NCBI GenBank assembly: GCA_965230295.1
Contig: OZ246001.1
Span: 1,184,001 to 1,248,000 of the forward strand
DNA from: Marinicella sp.
GTDB lineage: Bacteria > Pseudomonadota > Gammaproteobacteria > Xanthomonadales > Marinicellaceae
Direction of reading: 5' to 3'
Length of the DNA stretch: 64,000 bases
Both the position numbers and the translations under genes were made by a program. Under the pieces are notes generated by a model. The model saw only the letters and a program-made list of their open reading frames with translations, ran no database searches and was not told the DNA's origin. Each line of letters begins with the position of its first letter. The stretch's first letter is position 1. Shown piece by piece: positions 9,975-19,042 of the stretch.

Positions 9975-10250
9975 TTACATGGCTTTTTTGGCGCAAGCTT
10001 CAGCGACTTTTAAAGCGTCTTGTTGCACTTTTTCAGAGTCACCAGATTTTTGAGCGGCCAATACAGCTGCATAATCGGTATTGTTAACATTACACTCACA
10101 GACTTTCTTGGTCTTTTCTCGCATGTTTTCAGGCACGCTGTCAACTTGTGAGGCACAAGCTTTCAATGCGGCTTCTTTCAATTGACTGGCATCCATAGAG
10201 AATCCCACTGTGGTCATCATCAGCATGATTATGATGGTCGTTTTCTTCAT
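9975..10250 (-). CDS. Small secreted protein (four Cys)
   Basis: Signal peptide MKKTTIIIMLMMTTVGFS; C, CxC and C pattern. Confidence 0.7.
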   Translation of the reverse strand: MKKTTIIIMLMMTTVGFSMDASQLKEAALKACASQVDSVPENMREKTKKVCECNVNNTDYAAVLAAQKSGDSEKVQQDALKVAEACAKKAM

Positions 10251-10429
10251 ATTTAATTTCCTAGATTAAAGGGATGCCCAAGGTAGCATGCGCTGATGAA
10301 GGAATTTTATGACAGCCATCACAGAACGGTTTTTTGGCCCTGTTTTTAACGGCTAAATGACTGAATATTAACGATAATATAATGAATAAATCGATTATTT
10401 TTTATTGTGCTTTGGTGCTGACATCTGTA

Positions 10430-10876
10430 TCAACTGGCTGTTTTTAAATGTTCCACATGGCAAGCATTCAAATACTCATTCTTAACGATTTCAACCGCTT
10501 CATCAAACTTTTCATCCAAATAATGCATGATCTTGTCTGACAACAAAGTATCAGGGTCATGGTGACCACTCCATTTAATCAGTTGTAACACAGAGGGGAT
10601 TAAATCCAATCCTTTTTCAGTCAAGTGGTACAGTTTCTGGCGGCCGTTTTCTGGGTCTTTGCATTGTGTGATCAAACCATGCTGGGTCAGTTTTTTCAGG
10701 CGGTTGGCCAGAATGTTGGTGGCCACACCTTCTTCGCTTTCAATGAATTGTTTATAGCGACAACAGCCTTTGAATAGCATGTCTCTGATGACCAGGAAAC
10801 TCCATTTGTCACCAAATATTTCTAACACATAGGTCATTGGGCAAACAGTCATTTTATAAGTCTTGTTTTTCGTCAT
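10430..10876 (-). CDS. HxlR-family winged-helix regulator
   Basis: CPMTYVLEIFGDKWSFLVIRD, NILANRLKKL, YHLTEKGLDL. Confidence 0.92.
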   Translation of the reverse strand: MTKNKTYKMTVCPMTYVLEIFGDKWSFLVIRDMLFKGCCRYKQFIESEEGVATNILANRLKKLTQHGLITQCKDPENGRQKLYHLTEKGLDLIPSVLQLIKWSGHHDPDTLLSDKIMHYLDEKFDEAVEIVKNEYLNACHVEHLKTAS

Positions 10877-10896
10877 GCACAAATTCTAAACAAAAA

Positions 10897-10951
10897 GCTT
10901 GCATTTTGCAAGTATTTAAGTAAACTGGAATTACTTTCATATTGCAAGTAA
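10897..10951. promoter_or_regulatory. Two palindromic operators (ACTTGCA-N3-TGCAAGT-like) for the HxlR regulator
   Basis: GCTTGCATTTTGCAAGT (10897-10913) and TTACTTTCATATTGCAAGTAA (10931-10951) in the divergent spacer. Confidence 0.7.
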
Positions 10952-10963
10952 TAGAGAATCGCC

Positions 10964-11416
10964 ATGAAAAAGTACTATATATATTCAACTTTGTCATTTG
11001 TTATGGTTTCCTTGTTGGTAGAAATCATGATGTCTTCGCAAGCAGGTTTCACCACATTTGCTGGCTTCAATTGGTTCATCAGCACTGAATTGATTTCAAT
11101 GAACAACTTACTGAGTTGGTCACTGGAAGGTTTTGCCCTGAGTTTTGCTGCCTTCTTATACATCAAGCAAAAATCAGCCTTATCAGATGGTTTCCGTTTC
11201 GGCCTGATCACTGGATTGTTGTTCACTTTGATTGTCTTATTCAACATGATGTGGCAAATAGACCACAGTTTCTATCCATTTTTGGCAGACTCATTGTTGG
11301 CATTAACTGGCATACAACTGTTGGGCTTTGCTGTCAGCGGCTGGGTATTTGGGCTGTTGTATGAAATCTATTCACCTGAATTACCCACCAACAAAAGCCT
11401 TTGGTCATTGGCTTGA
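10964..11416 (+). CDS. Four-TM membrane protein
   Basis: Hydrophobic helices; GFRFGLITGL; divergent from HxlR. Confidence 0.7.
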   Translation: MKKYYIYSTLSFVMVSLLVEIMMSSQAGFTTFAGFNWFISTELISMNNLLSWSLEGFALSFAAFLYIKQKSALSDGFRFGLITGLLFTLIVLFNMMWQIDHSFYPFLADSLLALTGIQLLGFAVSGWVFGLLYEIYSPELPTNKSLWSLA

Positions 11417-11505
11417 TCCAAGACCACTTACTTCACCTTGCAGACCACCCAGGTCAGTCCCCCCAAAATTAAACAACTCCTGGGCCTGCAAGGTGGGTTT
11501 AAGGA

Positions 11506-11808
11506 ATGTTCTTGGGGCTTCATTTCATCGGTTTTTGTATCGGCAACCAAGCCACCGCAGAAGTACAGGTTTTGGCGTTACGGCCTGAGCACGAAGGCCA
11601 GGGAATTGCAGCTCGGTTGATGAACCAATTGCAATCCGCTTTGTTCGAGTATGGACACCCAAAGCTTTGGTTACTGACGACCCCAGATACAAAATTAAGG
11701 GCTTATGGTTTTTATCAACATATGGGTTGGCAAGCCACCGGTGAAATGATCAATGGTGAAGAAAAGTTTATGCTAACAGATCAGTCCAATCACCAGAAAG
11801 ACTGGTGA
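11506..11808 (+). CDS. GNAT acetyltransferase, N-terminally short (possible pseudogene)
   Basis: LALRPEHEGQGIAARL acetyl-CoA motif and RAYGFYQHMGW; only 100 aa, with an in-frame TAA at 11500. Confidence 0.6.
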   Translation: MFLGLHFIGFCIGNQATAEVQVLALRPEHEGQGIAARLMNQLQSALFEYGHPKLWLLTTPDTKLRAYGFYQHMGWQATGEMINGEEKFMLTDQSNHQKDW

Positions 11809-12257
11809 ATCGCCAGGCCTTCTGCCTCTAGTAACGGCCCGATCACAGTCACGGCCCGGTGTCCTTTTTGCAACACATCTCGACAAGGGATGACCAGGCT
11901 TCCACCAGTCAGTTGGCCCAATCCAACAGCAGAACAACCGTAAATCACCTCAGCAACCCCACTCCAATAAATGGCTCCAGCACACATCGCACAGGGTTCG
12001 GTGGATGTATATAAAGTGGCTCTATTTAAATCTTCTTGTGTCAACACTTTGGCAGCAGAGCGAAGCAACTCAAGTTCAGCATGTCGGGTGTTATCACCAG
12101 AGCTGACCACTTGGTTTTGGCTCTGCAAAACCGCCTGACCATCAACCACCAAAATGGCTCCAAAAGGGTGGTTACCTACATTGACTGCATCCTTGGCCAA
12201 TTGGTAACAGCGGTGGATGAAAGATGCATGATCTTTCGAAGATAGTTCATTGCCCAT
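11790..12257 (-). CDS. Nucleoside/nucleotide deaminase (TadA/guanine deaminase-like)
   Basis: HPFGA, HAE and EPCAMC zinc motifs. Confidence 0.9.
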   Translation of the reverse strand: MGNELSSKDHASFIHRCYQLAKDAVNVGNHPFGAILVVDGQAVLQSQNQVVSSGDNTRHAELELLRSAAKVLTQEDLNRATLYTSTEPCAMCAGAIYWSGVAEVIYGCSAVGLGQLTGGSLVIPCRDVLQKGHRAVTVIGPLLEAEGLAIHQSFW

Positions 12258-12589
12258 AACTTTATGATCTCAACCAATAATTCTCTTTATATCATTTAAA
12301 CGACCTTTAGATGCTGGAAAAATACCAAACTTGAAATCAGCTGATAACTGACAAATATCAGCCTATAGAGTTCTTTTGATCAGCTGAGAAACTTTCAAAA
12401 CTGCTTTTTTTGTGAAAAGCGTCACATTTTGTGACATTATTTTACAGTTTTTTGCAAATTTGCATTGCCATTTTAAATGACCGGACTTTTTGTTAATTAA
12501 GTATACCCAAAAAGCAACTAATTATATCTGTTAACAGTTTCATCCATTACAATCAATCAGACTAGTTAAAAAGAAAAGAGGTGTAAATT

Positions 12590-13405
12590 ATGAAAAAAAG
12601 GACAATCTTGATCATGGGCATTGCCATGAATGTCAGTGCTGTTGCTGATTCAGGCGATGCAAACTTACTGGGTGGACCAACACTCATGACGGAAGATCTG
12701 GTGATTGGAACAGGTGGTTTTGGCGGTGGTGTTGCCAATGATACTTTCATTGTAGAATCACAAACTGGCACCAATGTTTCGCTGTTGACAGGCGTGCCAT
12801 TTTGGGGATCCACGTATGACCCTGCGGGAAACAGGGTTCTTTATACCACCAGTGGTGGCACCACGGATGGTGCGGATTTGTTGGCCATAGATGTAGATAC
12901 CGGGGCGACCAGTTCATTAGGGACGATCACAGCCAATACATTCGAACTAAGGATTGATGGTCTTGCTATTTCAAGAGGCGTTTTATACGGTGTTCATCAA
13001 TTTGATGACGACAATGTTTCTGGTTTATACAGCATTGATCTTGGTACCTTTGAAGCCACGTTTATTGCCTCCATACCTTCTGGTAATGTGAGCGGTATTG
13101 ATGCAGACCCATCTACAGGAATCATCTATGCAGTCGATGACACTGCAGCACAAGTACAACAAATTGATCTGGATGGCACCATCACCAACTTGGTAGCCTA
13201 CCCAGCAGGTTATACAGATGTTGATGGCTTGGCTCTAGGTTATGGTGTGGCGTATTTAATTGCTGATGAGGCTCAAGATATAGTGCCTCTTGACCTCAGT
13301 ACTCTTACCTATGGAACCCCCATCACCACACCCTTTACCGTGGCAGATACATTTTCTGGCGGCGCGTTTGTGCATGATGTTATTTTTGCGAATGGATTTC
13401 AATAA
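12590..13405 (+). CDS. Secreted beta-propeller-like protein with C-terminal DVIFANGFQ tag
   Basis: Signal peptide; repeated beta blades (IDGLA, SGIDAD, VDGLA); terminal tag. Confidence 0.75.
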   Translation: MKKRTILIMGIAMNVSAVADSGDANLLGGPTLMTEDLVIGTGGFGGGVANDTFIVESQTGTNVSLLTGVPFWGSTYDPAGNRVLYTTSGGTTDGADLLAIDVDTGATSSLGTITANTFELRIDGLAISRGVLYGVHQFDDDNVSGLYSIDLGTFEATFIASIPSGNVSGIDADPSTGIIYAVDDTAAQVQQIDLDGTITNLVAYPAGYTDVDGLALGYGVAYLIADEAQDIVPLDLSTLTYGTPITTPFTVADTFSGGAFVHDVIFANGFQ

Positions 13406-13447
13406 TTGATAGATGACTCATCCAATAGGTTGAGTTATTCCTGATTT

Positions 13448-13494
13448 AACAGGCTGTTCCGGTGTGACTGACATCAATCGGGGCAGCCTGTTTT
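13448..13494 (+). terminator. Intrinsic terminator
   Basis: AACAGGCTGTTCCGG...TCGGGGCAGCCTGTTTT. Confidence 0.65.
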
Positions 13495-13594
13495 CATTGT
13501 GATAAGCAACCTTGTTGGCCACAAAAAAACTTCCATCAATCAAGTGACCCCTTCGACCATTAAAGGTTTTTAACCCGGTTGAAGAGACAATGAC

Positions 13595-14158
13595 TCAGTG
13601 ACCATACAAAACCGTTAGAGAACTAAGCGCCATCTGCGCTTCTCTACATTTTTTATCCAACTGTTGTTGATTGGCGACTTGGTGCTCTTGATCCAATTCT
13701 TCAGTCATTGTTAACAAGCCGGCAGTCAAATCTGCTCCGGACTGACTGAAATCCTGGTCACCTAATTGGGCTTCAATTCCATGCTGGTAATAATAGCGCC
13801 CCAAGGCAATGATGTTACTGGCACGGGATTCATAAGTTGATAATGCGGCAGCCACTTCTGGGCCACAATATTGAGCTGATACCCCATAAACTTGTGTGAA
13901 GGCATAACTTTTAGCGGCATCTGTTTTCGCCAACACCTGCATGGCTTTGAGTTTATCAGGGTCACTGATGCCTTGGGATTTATCTTTAAAAATTTGGTCC
14001 AGGGTGGCTTGCATGGCGGCTGTAAATTCAGCTTCATGTAACTGTTCAAAGGCCTTCAGATCTTCACTTTGGCAACCTTCGCAAGACTCAATGGGCCCTT
14101 GATTTGTGGCACAAGCCATGAGCATCAAAAAAAGTCCACAGACGATCAGTTTCATCAT
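13595..14158 (-). CDS. Hypothetical lipoprotein
   Basis: Lipobox LMAC at residue 16; CxxC near the N-terminus. Confidence 0.7.
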   Translation of the reverse strand: MMKLIVCGLFLMLMACATNQGPIESCEGCQSEDLKAFEQLHEAEFTAAMQATLDQIFKDKSQGISDPDKLKAMQVLAKTDAAKSYAFTQVYGVSAQYCGPEVAAALSTYESRASNIIALGRYYYQHGIEAQLGDQDFSQSGADLTAGLLTMTEELDQEHQVANQQQLDKKCREAQMALSSLTVLYGH

Positions 14159-14808
14159 TACACTGCCTGCATAACGATGTTATACAGTAAGTTGGACTTA
14201 TCACCTTTGACTGATTGGGCCACCATCATCTTTTGTTCATCTTTGGTTTTACTCTGTAACAGACGATCCACTTGGTTCAATTCATGATCCGGAAAATACA
14301 TTTGGGTGGTCACTTCATCATAGCCTGATTTGCTGACTTTAAAGTGGATGTGTGGTGGGCGGGTCCAGGAATCTGAGACAGGGTATGGTCCGGGAATGAT
14401 GGTTTTGAACTTAAATCCACCTTGTTCACCACTTTGCACGATGGCCCAGCCTTGAAAGTTTGCGTCTAAGGGTGCCGGGTTGGCGTCGTGCGGGTGACGG
14501 TAACGCCCAGCTGCATTGGCTTGCCAAATGTCCACAGTGGCACCTTCCACTGGATTGCCGTCTATGTCGAGAACTTGACCTTGGATGGTCACCACTTCGC
14601 CTAAAGCCTTTTCGTCTTTACCTGTTACTTGAGTTAAATCAAAATCCTGGTCTTTTTGCGGGGTTATCGGGTAAAACGGGCCTTCAATTTCATCCGGGGT
14701 GATGGCATTGGCAGCCAAAACATTGGGCGTGATGGCAGTAATGGCACCGCCCGCCAATCCCATGCGAACAAACGAACGTCGATCTTGGTTGGGTTTATCT
14801 GTAGACAT
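14158..14808 (-). CDS. Tat-exported intradiol ring-cleavage dioxygenase (protocatechuate 3,4-dioxygenase-like)
   Basis: DRRSFVR Tat motif; EGPFYP, WQANAAGRY, PGPYP, RPPHIHF, TTQMYF. Confidence 0.88.
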   Translation of the reverse strand: MSTDKPNQDRRSFVRMGLAGGAITAITPNVLAANAITPDEIEGPFYPITPQKDQDFDLTQVTGKDEKALGEVVTIQGQVLDIDGNPVEGATVDIWQANAAGRYRHPHDANPAPLDANFQGWAIVQSGEQGGFKFKTIIPGPYPVSDSWTRPPHIHFKVSKSGYDEVTTQMYFPDHELNQVDRLLQSKTKDEQKMMVAQSVKGDKSNLLYNIVMQAV

Positions 14809-14817
14809 ATATGTACC

Positions 14818-15549
14818 TCATTTTTCAGGGGGTTGCTCAAACCCATCAACAAAAATAAAATCTCCATTGGCGGTGTTAACAATCAGTTGATCAAATGCCA
14901 TGAATTCATTGTCATCGGTGTGGTTGTTGTTGGATATCACAACGATTTGTTCTACCGTTTGACCAAAAGGCACACCGCCCAGAGCAGAATAAATCAACTG
15001 ACCATTGATGAAATAATCGATTTCATTGGTTTGGGTCCTGGTTGCCACATACAGGGTGATATATTCACCGGTGGGATAATCGAAACCAGTGTCATAAAAA
15101 CCATTGACACCACCTGGTGAATCAAATACCAACAAATCACCGGTATTGGTGAATCGCAGGCGCCAAGTGATCAGGTTCTGAACCACCGATTGAGCCAACA
15201 AATCATAGGCTGCCCCATTCAAATCGCTGAAATACAGATCAACATATACCGAAGGAGACAGGTCAGATACTGCTGTATTGAATGTAGGACTGAATGCACC
15301 ACTTTGTGTTCCTGGTACCACTTGGCTGTCTCGACTGATGCGAGCATGTTGTGACCCAGAAGATGGCTGATTGGTATCCACCGTGGGTTGTTCTGGAATG
15401 TTGGGGAAATTGGACCAACCATTTTGGTCGACCAAGGGACCGGTTACAAAACCCTCTTCTGACTCAAAATCGATGAAATAAACGTCAGCTGATAATGCTG
15501 TCACGACAGTGAGCAAAACCAACAACGTGAATATTTTTAGCATGATCAA
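14818..15549 (-). CDS. Secreted jelly-roll-like protein with near-terminal DFIFVDGFE tag
   Basis: Signal peptide; mature start DVYFIDFES; tag followed by QPPEK. Confidence 0.72.
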   Translation of the reverse strand: MIMLKIFTLLVLLTVVTALSADVYFIDFESEEGFVTGPLVDQNGWSNFPNIPEQPTVDTNQPSSGSQHARISRDSQVVPGTQSGAFSPTFNTAVSDLSPSVYVDLYFSDLNGAAYDLLAQSVVQNLITWRLRFTNTGDLLVFDSPGGVNGFYDTGFDYPTGEYITLYVATRTQTNEIDYFINGQLIYSALGGVPFGQTVEQIVVISNNNHTDDNEFMAFDQLIVNTANGDFIFVDGFEQPPEK

Positions 15550-15633
15550 TCCTTATTTTGTGTTCACAGGCTTGGAATTGTACTGCAAAAAGCGTTATTT
15601 AACTGTTACCTGATTCACTGTTGTTACGATTTC

Positions 15634-15660
15634 TAGGAAAGCTGCTGAGCAGCTTTCCTA
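15634..15660. terminator. Hairpin at the rlmB stop
   Basis: TAGGAAAGCTGC-TGA-GCAGCTTTCCTA. Confidence 0.55.
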
Positions 15661-16407
15661 TGAATTAGCTGACCTTTGACGCAACACTTCGAATAAAGTG
15701 ATGCCTGTTGCCACAGAAACATTCAGGCTTTGCACCTCACCGGCCATAGGTAGGTGGATCAAGTGATCGCAGGATTGTTTAACCAGGTGACGCAAACCTT
15801 TACCCTCGTTACCCATCACGATGGCCACAGCACCAGTCAGATCGGTTTGGTAAATGTCTTGGCTGTCTGCATCCAATGCTGTGCCGTAAACCCAAACACC
15901 AGCTGCTTTGATCGCCTCAATTGCACGCACCAAATTGGTCACCTGAAACAGCGCCAAGTGTTCCACTGCACCGGCGGCTGTTTTGTGGGTGATGGGAGTG
16001 ATGGATGCTGACTTGTCTTTACTGAACACCACGGCAGTCACTCCGGCGGCATCTGCGCTGCGCAAACAAGCGCCTAAGTTCCTCGGGTCCTCGATACAAT
16101 CCAACACCAATATCAATGGGTTTTGCCATTCTGCCAATGCCTGCTTCAATTCTTTTTCTGATTTCAGCTTTGCGGCATGAATACTGGCCACAACGCCTTG
16201 GTGACGGTCACCACACATGCGATCAAGCTCTTGTAGGCTGACCCGTTGCATGGGCAGGCGGTTTTTTTCTATTGCACCTTGTAACTTCAGCAGTCGCTTG
16301 TTTTGGGCGTCTTTTTGTAACCACACAGTCTTGACTTGGTCTCCGGCTTTGAGCGCCATTTCCACTGCATGGATACCAAAAATCAAGTTGTCTTGTGGGT
16401 CATTCAT
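15658..16407 (-). CDS. rlmB: 23S rRNA Gm2251 methyltransferase
   Basis: HQGV, DPRNLGACLRSADAAG, MGNEGKGLR, SLNVSVA; directly downstream of rnr. Confidence 0.96.
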   Translation of the reverse strand: MNDPQDNLIFGIHAVEMALKAGDQVKTVWLQKDAQNKRLLKLQGAIEKNRLPMQRVSLQELDRMCGDRHQGVVASIHAAKLKSEKELKQALAEWQNPLILVLDCIEDPRNLGACLRSADAAGVTAVVFSKDKSASITPITHKTAAGAVEHLALFQVTNLVRAIEAIKAAGVWVYGTALDADSQDIYQTDLTGAVAIVMGNEGKGLRHLVKQSCDHLIHLPMAGEVQSLNVSVATGITLFEVLRQRSANS

Positions 16408-18698
16408 TTTTTACCCTTGCGGCGCCTTTTACTTTTACCAGACTTATTGCGCTGTTTTGATTTTTTCCCTTTTTGTTCAGCATGTACCTGCTCGGATGAT
16501 ACTGCCCTTTTCAGCTCACCTTTGGCATTGATTTTTCCTACATAATCAAAATCAATGCGGCGGTCATCTAAATCAACGGCCGCAATTTTAACCATCAATT
16601 GATCGGTTAAACGAAAACGGTTACCGCCACGCTCTCCGGTTAATTGGTGTTTGATGCCATCATGGTGGTAGTAATCATTAGGCAATGAAGTGACATGGAT
16701 CAAACCATCAACCTGGTATTGCTCCAATTGCACAAATAAACCGAAACGGGTAACGCCTGAAACGGTACCAACCATCTCATCACCAATAAACTGTTGCATG
16801 AACAAACATTTCAACCGGGCATCCACTTCACGTGACGCTGTTTCTGCCCGCCGTTCAGTCATTGAACATTGTTTGTTCATTTCTTCAGCTTGCCCATCGG
16901 TATAACGGTATGGCTTACCTTTGTGGTAAACAATGTGATCAATGGCTCGATGCACCATCAAATCAGGATAACGCCTGATGGGTGAAGTGAAATGTGCGTA
17001 ATGTGTTAACGCCAAACCAAAATGTCCGGCATTACCAGCTTCATAGCTGGCCAAAGATTGAGAACGCAGTACCACCTGCTCAATCAGGCTCTTGTCTTCC
17101 CGATGTTGAATTTGGCTCAACAATTTGGCCAAATCTTTGGGTGTCGGGTTGTCCATGAATGTGGGTGTCACACCCAAGCCTTTCAAAAAAGTGGTTAAGT
17201 CCCTGACCTTACTTTCTGGTGGCGGATTATGGCACCTGAAAGAAGCCGGCACCCCATGTTTCTCAATGAATTTAGCCGCACACACATTGGCTGAGATCAT
17301 GAAATTTTCGATCAACTTATGTGCATCATTGCGGCTGTATGGTTGGATGTCATCCACCATGCCATCTTCGCCAATGTGGATAAAGACATCTGTTGAATTG
17401 AATTCGATACCACCTCTGACGTGTTTTTCTTGCTGCAATATTTTGAATAAGTGGTATTGGTGATCCAACGATTCCCGCACAGGTGATGGCCACTCTTTGG
17501 CATTTTGGCCACCCGAAAGATAGGCCCAAGCCTCATCATAGGTGATGCGTGCATGAGAATGCATCAACCCCCGGTAAAATTCATAGGACTGGATTTCACC
17601 GGTACCATTGATGTGCATTTCGCACACCATACTCAGTCGGTCGACATTGGGATTCAGTGAACAAATACCGTTTGACAATTCTAACGGCAACATGGGTATC
17701 ACCCTACCAGGGAAATAAACCGATGTACCACGGTTATAGGCCTCTTTATCCAGTGGGTTATCCGGTTTGACGTACGTTGACACATCAGCAATGGCCACCA
17801 ACAATTTATACCCGGTGGCTGTGGGTTCGGCATAAACCGCATCATCAAAATCCCTGGCGTCGGCACCATCAATGGTTACCAAGGGTAAATGCCGGATGTC
17901 TTTATGCGGACCCAAATTGGCTTCATCAACCGTTTTGGGAATCTGTGCCCGGTGTTCTTCCACGGCTTCTGGCCACTCATGTGGCAGCCCTTCTGAAACG
18001 ATGGTTAATTGCATGGACAGTTCATGATTTAACTGCTGGCCCAAAATGGCAATCACTTCACCAAAAGCCGGTCGGTGTTTATCAGGGTATTTCTTAATGC
18101 TGACGGTGACATAGTCATTGTGCTTGGCACTGCCCATGGCCTCTTTTGGAATCATGATGTCACTGATTCTGGAATTGTCGGCTTTCACATAAGCCAATCC
18201 TTCTTCGTCAACCAAACGACCGGCCACTGTGGCGTGCGCCCTTTGTAAGACTTCAACGATGAAAGCATCGTGTTTGCCATTGCCTTTGTGGGCAGGTTGG
18301 ACATCTGCCAAAACCACATCACCATCCATCACCATGCGCATTTGTTTCGGTGTGATGAAGGCATCTTCTTCCAACTCATCTGATATCAGAAAACCAAAAC
18401 CATCACTGTGGGCACTGATGCGACCTTGGGTCAGTTCTAATTTTTTTCTGACCCCATAACCGCCTCGGCGATTTACCAAGAGCTGACCATCACGAACCAT
18501 AGAACGCAAACGAATGCGCAGACCTTCAAATTGTTCATCATTCTGAATACCGATTTTTATGGCGATACTTTCTAATTTGAGTAACTTTTTTTCTTGTTCT
18601 AGAAATTGAATCAGGGCTGTTCTTGAGGGGATGGGGTTTTTATATTGTTTTACTTGATCCGCAAATTCCGGATCAGGGATATTAAAAGGGTTTTTCAT
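16404..18698 (-). CDS. rnr: Ribonuclease R
   Basis: TIDGADARDFDDA, HFTSPIRRYPDL, S1 domain, basic tail. Confidence 0.97.
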   Translation of the reverse strand: MKNPFNIPDPEFADQVKQYKNPIPSRTALIQFLEQEKKLLKLESIAIKIGIQNDEQFEGLRIRLRSMVRDGQLLVNRRGGYGVRKKLELTQGRISAHSDGFGFLISDELEEDAFITPKQMRMVMDGDVVLADVQPAHKGNGKHDAFIVEVLQRAHATVAGRLVDEEGLAYVKADNSRISDIMIPKEAMGSAKHNDYVTVSIKKYPDKHRPAFGEVIAILGQQLNHELSMQLTIVSEGLPHEWPEAVEEHRAQIPKTVDEANLGPHKDIRHLPLVTIDGADARDFDDAVYAEPTATGYKLLVAIADVSTYVKPDNPLDKEAYNRGTSVYFPGRVIPMLPLELSNGICSLNPNVDRLSMVCEMHINGTGEIQSYEFYRGLMHSHARITYDEAWAYLSGGQNAKEWPSPVRESLDHQYHLFKILQQEKHVRGGIEFNSTDVFIHIGEDGMVDDIQPYSRNDAHKLIENFMISANVCAAKFIEKHGVPASFRCHNPPPESKVRDLTTFLKGLGVTPTFMDNPTPKDLAKLLSQIQHREDKSLIEQVVLRSQSLASYEAGNAGHFGLALTHYAHFTSPIRRYPDLMVHRAIDHIVYHKGKPYRYTDGQAEEMNKQCSMTERRAETASREVDARLKCLFMQQFIGDEMVGTVSGVTRFGLFVQLEQYQVDGLIHVTSLPNDYYHHDGIKHQLTGERGGNRFRLTDQLMVKIAAVDLDDRRIDFDYVGKINAKGELKRAVSSEQVHAEQKGKKSKQRNKSGKSKRRRKGKK

Positions 18699-18785
18699 GC
18701 TGCGTATTATACCTGTTTTAACTGGTGTGTTTTTTATAACTGCTGATTGATGTTAAAATAAAGCAAACCACAAGATGAACCCCCC

Positions 18786-19022
18786 ATGATCAAAGCAGAA
18801 GTTGTTGAAGACATTGTTAATAAAGTTGAGCAATTCATCCCTGAAGACCTCAAAACCATGCGCCAGGATTTCACCCGAAACATGAGATCCATCCTGACAG
18901 CAACTTTACAAAAAGCCGACTTGGTCACCCGTGAAGAATTTGAAGTACAAAAGGCTGTTCTGGCCAAAACCAGGGCCAAGCTTGAAGCCCTGGAAAAACA
19001 GTTGGATCAAATCAACCCCTAA
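18786..19022 (+). CDS. ubiK: Ubiquinone biosynthesis accessory factor UbiK (BMFP family)
   Basis: DLVTREEFEVQKAVLAKTRAKLEALE. Confidence 0.92.
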   Translation: MIKAEVVEDIVNKVEQFIPEDLKTMRQDFTRNMRSILTATLQKADLVTREEFEVQKAVLAKTRAKLEALEKQLDQINP

Positions 19023-19042
19023 CCCACCCTGAGATCTTTACC

